64,000 nucleotides of DNA from Sulfurimonadaceae bacterium (GTDB lineage Bacteria > Campylobacterota > Campylobacteria > Campylobacterales > Sulfurimonadaceae), in NCBI GenBank assembly GCA_041571435.1, contig JBFFUI010000004.1:1-64000 (forward strand), in the 5' to 3' direction. The position numbers were made by a program, and so were the translations under genes. The notes under the pieces were generated by a model, which was not told where the DNA came from, ran no database searches, and saw only the letters and a program-made list of their open reading frames with translations. Shown here in pieces: positions 59,570-64,000 of this stretch. Position 1 is the first letter of the stretch; every line of letters begins with the position of its first letter.

Positions 59570-60371
59570 TAAATCCTGTGTAGATTGCGGCCATCTCTAT
59601 CAACTTTATAGGCATTGATTTTTGCTGTAACTTGGCAGGGTTGTTCTCTTCATACCAACTGCATATCTCAAAAAGCCCGTATAAAAGTTTGTTGGTGTGG
59701 CGATAATTACCCTCAGTGAACTTGTGGATAGCTTTTACAGCCTTGGGTGTGAACATATTGGCAAGGTCGAAATAGTTGGCATGTAAAAGCTTCTTATGGA
59801 TATAAATCGCTAATTCGGATGCAGTAGCGTTTTGAAGCTCCTGACTCTCCCAAATACGTGTTTTGAAATGTTCTTTGGCAATAAGGTCCTCTTTTTCTGT
59901 CTTATGAAGAGCAAATATGAATTTGACTTTTCGTGAATCCGAGATAAGTCGGATCTTCTCCATTAATGGTTCAGAGTAGAGTTGTGCTTCATCAAGTATT
60001 ACAATAGGTGTGGTCTCATTTACATAATGGTTTGCAATTTCAATAAATTGGGTAAAGTTGAGTGAATCAGGTGTGTTAAAACGAAAGATCTCATAAGCCA
60101 AGACCTTAAAAAACTCACTTTCGTCTATGACAGGTATCGGTATATAGACAACTTTCTGTTGTGGTGAGAGTTCTTTATAGAGCTTGTTAAGCATCATACT
60201 TTTTCCTGTTCCCGGTTTTCCGAAAACAAGTATCATTTTGAGAGGCTTTTGGATAGCCTCTTTAAGTGCATGGTATATAGCCATGCTACGGTCAAGCTGG
60301 ACATAGTCTTTTGAGTCGACAATATCCTGAAAAACCTCCTGGGAATTGCGGAAGATCTTAGAGCTCTTCAT
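59559..60371 (-). CDS. ExeA/MshM-like AAA ATPase (CtsP-like)
   Basis: GKPGTGKS Walker A, ILDEAQ Walker B, T.GN.R. Confidence 0.88.
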   Translation of the reverse strand: MKSSKIFRNSQEVFQDIVDSKDYVQLDRSMAIYHALKEAIQKPLKMILVFGKPGTGKSMMLNKLYKELSPQQKVVYIPIPVIDESEFFKVLAYEIFRFNTPDSLNFTQFIEIANHYVNETTPIVILDEAQLYSEPLMEKIRLISDSRKVKFIFALHKTEKEDLIAKEHFKTRIWESQELQNATASELAIYIHKKLLHANYFDLANMFTPKAVKAIHKFTEGNYRHTNKLLYGLFEICSWYEENNPAKLQQKSMPIKLIEMAAIYTGFIDA

Positions 60372-62007
60372 TTGCCTCTTTGCTTTCAGGTGCAACTACT
60401 GCATCTGTTGTGATATTTTGATCATCACTGAAAGTTGCTTTTAGGCCAGCCTCTTCTTTAGTTGTTGAGGTATAACCGAGGTCTGCAATTGTAAGTGTGT
60501 TACCAGCTGCTTTGACGATACGTGGTTCAATAACGATAACGATCTCTTCAACCGAACGAACCTTCTCTTCATATTTGAAGAAGTAACCTAGACCAGGAAT
60601 ATCACCCAAAAGAGGAACTTTGTTGGTTTTGAAGTTTTCACGCGAACCGATCAAACCGCCAAGGACAATTCGGTTACCATCTTTTACAGTGACGACAGCA
60701 GACAGTTGACGACGATCAAGGTCAGGCGGCATAGTACGATTTTCCTGATCTTTAGTGTCACTCTGAATTTGGACACGAGTCTGGCTGAGTGACGGATTCA
60801 CTTTGATAGTAATCATGTCATCTTCGCCGATCTCAGGTGTAATATCCAGAAGGACACCGGCAAAGACGGAGTTAACCATGTCATTTTGTGTTGTCGAGAC
60901 AACACCACCGCCTGCACCTTGCTGGTTTTGAGACTGCTGAATTTTATAGAAATACTCCGTACCGACGGTGATAAGAGCAGGCTGGTTGTTCAATGTCAGG
61001 ATCTTTGGATTAGAGAGTGCACGCACTTCACCCTGTTCTTTAAGAAACTTGATAACTTCATTTAGTGAACCAGCGACATTGACCTGTATTAAATTGGCAT
61101 TTTGTCCGTATAAATCTTCAAGGTTACCAATTGATTGGTATGTGTCAATATTTTTTCCATTAAATGTATCAACAGCCACGTTAATGTTCTGCAGCGCATA
61201 AAGCTGTGACCAGTCAATACCGGTTGAAGACTTGTCGTCAAAACTTACGGCGAGCATATTAACATCGATAAGGACCTGTTTTTGGACTTTTTCTTGAAGC
61301 GTTTTTAAATAGGCAGCGATACGGGCTTGTTGACGACCAGTCGCAGAGATCGTGACCAGTCCAGCATTTCTATTAATGATTGGCGCTTCTGCCTGGTAGG
61401 CATCTTCCGGACGGTTAAGAATACGTTGAAGTTCAAGATCAAGTTCATCCCAGAAAACTACTTCGTCCGTATGCTCGATCGAAATTCCCGATTTATTCGA
61501 GCCTACACCACCACCGGCTCCTTCTGCAGGGAAAGAGCCGCCACCTGCTGCTCCGCCTGCTGCTCCACCACTTTGAGCACCTTGGCCGATTTCAGATGAT
61601 GTAGAACTCAGCATGACATCGGTTGAACCTTTGCTCTTTCTAGACGAAAGAATATAGTCGATGTTATAGGTGATCGTCTTGAGGTATGAGATACGCAGGA
61701 TCTCATTTTCAATCGTAAAGTTGAGATTGTTTTCAGTTAGCAAGATATCAAAAACTTCATCAATAGTAAGGTTCTTGATATGTGTTTTGTTCAATTTTTT
61801 GTCCATCAGCTTTTCAGTCTCACTGTCAGCAACAACTAGACTGTATTCGCAGGCAGTAGTCAACTGGTCGACATATTCACCGATAGTGGTCCCTTTTGCA
61901 GATGAGATGCTGAAAAGTTCGTAAGTACAATCAGCTTGCATTGATGTCGCTAGAACGACTGAAGCGGCCAGTGACAGGAGCTTTTTATTTAGTTTTTTCA
62001 TTTTCAT
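60358..62007 (-). CDS. mshL: Secretin, MshL type (CtsD-like)
   Basis: QVLIDV, GIDWS, SNPKILTLNNQPALI, GVLLDITP and VPLLGDIPGLG.FF. Confidence 0.92.
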   Translation of the reverse strand: MKMKKLNKKLLSLAASVVLATSMQADCTYELFSISSAKGTTIGEYVDQLTTACEYSLVVADSETEKLMDKKLNKTHIKNLTIDEVFDILLTENNLNFTIENEILRISYLKTITYNIDYILSSRKSKGSTDVMLSSTSSEIGQGAQSGGAAGGAAGGGSFPAEGAGGGVGSNKSGISIEHTDEVVFWDELDLELQRILNRPEDAYQAEAPIINRNAGLVTISATGRQQARIAAYLKTLQEKVQKQVLIDVNMLAVSFDDKSSTGIDWSQLYALQNINVAVDTFNGKNIDTYQSIGNLEDLYGQNANLIQVNVAGSLNEVIKFLKEQGEVRALSNPKILTLNNQPALITVGTEYFYKIQQSQNQQGAGGGVVSTTQNDMVNSVFAGVLLDITPEIGEDDMITIKVNPSLSQTRVQIQSDTKDQENRTMPPDLDRRQLSAVVTVKDGNRIVLGGLIGSRENFKTNKVPLLGDIPGLGYFFKYEEKVRSVEEIVIVIEPRIVKAAGNTLTIADLGYTSTTKEEAGLKATFSDDQNITTDAVVAPESKEANEEL

Positions 62008-62027
62008 TTCCTTTTTTTACTGATTAT

Positions 62028-62495
62028 TTAGTTGACGTTAAACTGGATTTTGTCATTTTTATGGTTTTGAAAGAGTTTCAGCTCTTTCGTTTTGCTCTTC
62101 AGCGTTGCCTCACCAGGGTTGACATTAACGATAGTGTATTGTCGTATTCTATCACCCTCTTTATACCACTTACCACTGATCTTGACATTTTTATTAATCG
62201 CAGATTCCAGTCTGAGCGGCTTAAGTCTGACTTTCTTTTTGACGGCATAAGTTCTCTTTTTACCGTCGCCTTCTTTCTTGAATAAGATAAACGGACTGTT
62301 GGTTTTGAGCACAGCATTGGCTTGCACACCTTTGCGCGGTGGTTTTATCTCTTGAATCTGTGTATTGATCTTAGCATGATTCGGTGTTCCAAACGGCTTT
62401 TCCTTTTGAACTTCTGCCGGTTTAGGTGCCTCAGTACTTGCCATTACAACCATTGGCACTAAGGACACAATGGATAATATTAGTAGCTTTTTCAT
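62028..62495 (-). CDS. Hypothetical exported protein (MshK/PilP-like)
   Basis: Signal peptide; SPF and L.SAIN..VKISGKWYKEGD motifs; upstream of the secretin. Confidence 0.7.
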   Translation of the reverse strand: MKKLLILSIVSLVPMVVMASTEAPKPAEVQKEKPFGTPNHAKINTQIQEIKPPRKGVQANAVLKTNSPFILFKKEGDGKKRTYAVKKKVRLKPLRLESAINKNVKISGKWYKEGDRIRQYTIVNVNPGEATLKSKTKELKLFQNHKNDKIQFNVN

Positions 62496-63127
62496 TAATA
62501 TGTAATCCCCCATACTGATAGATTAAGATCGAGGTTTAACTTTTCAGTTGCAGCAATTTCCATGTCGTGAAGATCAACAACAAGTTTACTTTTTTCAATG
62601 GCATTCATGAATCTAACCATATTCTTATACGGTGCTTCAGCCTGTATCTCTAGGTTTAGTACATGCCCAAATTTGGTCTTGTCATCTGCAAGTCTATTGG
62701 CAAAGAAGTTAAGTTTGACTTTGTGCTTTTTGGCGTTTTCAGCAATCGAATCGATAAAAGCACCCCAAGTCTCCTGATCATAGAAGAGTTCAGGAATCTT
62801 CGCAATCTCTGCTTTAATGAAGGTGTTTTCATCCTTTAAGGTCACAAGTTTTGTATTAAGATCTTTGATCTGTCGATCTAAACGCACAATTTCACTTTCT
62901 GGATGCATCATAAGATACTGTTTATCTTTTGCTATTTTGTCTTCGACCTTAATTCTAGCTTCTACAATGGCATTGTAGCCTTGTTCCGCACTGTCCCAAA
63001 ACAGGAGATAAGATAACGAGACAAGAACGACAAAGACCATACCATAGATCATCTTGACGTCTTTGTCACTCTTTTGTGAAAAGCTTTGGTCTATATCATA
63101 TAGATATTTTTCTAACATCGCACTCAT
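62495..63127 (-). CDS. PilO/MshJ-like inner-membrane protein
   Basis: TM, coiled coil and ferredoxin-like C-domain (Y.N...F...IE). Confidence 0.7.
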   Translation of the reverse strand: MSAMLEKYLYDIDQSFSQKSDKDVKMIYGMVFVVLVSLSYLLFWDSAEQGYNAIVEARIKVEDKIAKDKQYLMMHPESEIVRLDRQIKDLNTKLVTLKDENTFIKAEIAKIPELFYDQETWGAFIDSIAENAKKHKVKLNFFANRLADDKTKFGHVLNLEIQAEAPYKNMVRFMNAIEKSKLVVDLHDMEIAATEKLNLDLNLSVWGITY

Positions 63128-63999
63128 TTCAGCACCGCCTTCATCTGACTAAGATAGTGTTTTTTCTCTTCATCATATGCAATCTCTTCTAATATAAAGT
63201 GAAAACGTGATGTCTTCTTAGCGGTCAGATACTCAAGCAATCGAGTGATATCTTTGTCTTTTTCAGACACCATGTTGAAGATGAATCCTTTAAAGTTCTC
63301 ATCTTCATGATAAGAGAGTTTTTGCAGTTTGACTTTGTATTTGTTCAGATCACCGGCAAATTCAGTTGTGAGTTTAGCCTTCATCGGGTAGTTGACCTTC
63401 ACATCATGGATTTTCGTCAAGGTGTTCATCTGACGCTCAAGCTCTGCCTGCTCGGCATCAACCAGTTTGTTCACAGCATTTTTCTCAACTGTTTTTATGT
63501 TGATCGTTGCTTCGCGTGTCGTCTTTACACTGTGCACTTCATTGTATTCCGTGTCAAGCATAGCCTTATTGAGTTGTTCCGCAAATGTGAGACTCCAGTA
63601 TGCCACGGGATACGCGAATGCAACTACCAATGCCACTCCCGTAGTGGCGATTAGTTTACCGCTGGCACGCTGTAAGAACTTCGGAGGGCGAGGATAGAGT
63701 GAAAAATTACACTCATAACGTTCGTCGCTCTCTGTCATTGTGTAAAGGTGCATCATCTGATGTATCTGGTCTACGTACTGTCCGTTAGTGTCAAAACCAT
63801 AGTTGAAGTCAAATGATTTGGAGATCAATCCAAGGTAGGTCTGCGAGTACTCATCTAAACCGGCTATCGACCCAATCTGTGATCCGATGTAGATCTGGTC
63901 AATTGTCTCAAGCTCGAAGGCTCGTTTGGCATAAGTAAGTACGTCGTTTATATGTAAAAAGAGCTCACCAAAAAGCTTAATAAGGTCACGCTGGTACTC
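63124..63999 (-). CDS. PilM/PilN-like fusion protein, 5' end outside the window
   Basis: Frame open to the window edge (EYQRDLIKLFGELF...IDQIYIGS...), followed by NFSL, TM and coiled coil. Confidence 0.7.
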   Translation of the reverse strand, partial: EYQRDLIKLFGELFLHINDVLTYAKRAFELETIDQIYIGSQIGSIAGLDEYSQTYLGLISKSFDFNYGFDTNGQYVDQIHQMMHLYTMTESDERYECNFSLYPRPPKFLQRASGKLIATTGVALVVAFAYPVAYWSLTFAEQLNKAMLDTEYNEVHSVKTTREATINIKTVEKNAVNKLVDAEQAELERQMNTLTKIHDVKVNYPMKAKLTTEFAGDLNKYKVKLQKLSYHEDENFKGFIFNMVSEKDKDITRLLEYLTAKKTSRFHFILEEIAYDEEKKHYLSQMKAVLK

Positions 64000-64000
64000 T

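Overview
Chromosomal window from a Campylobacterota (epsilonproteobacterial) genome, most likely Sulfurimonas/Sulfurovum-like. This rests on gene content, the pyrH-rpoZ-spoT-tyrS-fabX-amiA order, a Campylobacter cts-like pilus/secretion cluster and bare TATAAT promoters. It opens with the 5S rRNA of an rRNA operon. About 25 kb of mostly accessory genes follow: a small cytochrome-like protein + DUF3373 porin + GGDEF/EAL + ung operon, oligopeptidase A, a cytoplasmic trypsin/Zn-ribbon/YbjN-like protease with a YbjN-like partner, a C-terminally anchored surface protein, a START/SRPBCC pair, thiI, a Na/Pi symporter and a TolA-like protein. The remainder is largely housekeeping (pyrH, rpoZ, spoT, tyrS, fabX-like, amiA, rpsO, kdsB, trpC, biotin carboxylase, valS, UvrD-like helicase), interrupted by two paralogous PKD proteins. 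It ends in a type II secretion/MSHA-like (cts) operon that is cut by the window edge. I see no CRISPR array, tRNA, integrase or transposase. The best candidates for undescribed systems are the protease + YbjN-like partner operon (8431-10847), the heme-motif-less cytochrome-like/DUF3373/c-di-GMP operon (403-4071) and the tandem PKD pair (35002-37768). All family assignments come from motif recognition by eye, not from database searches.
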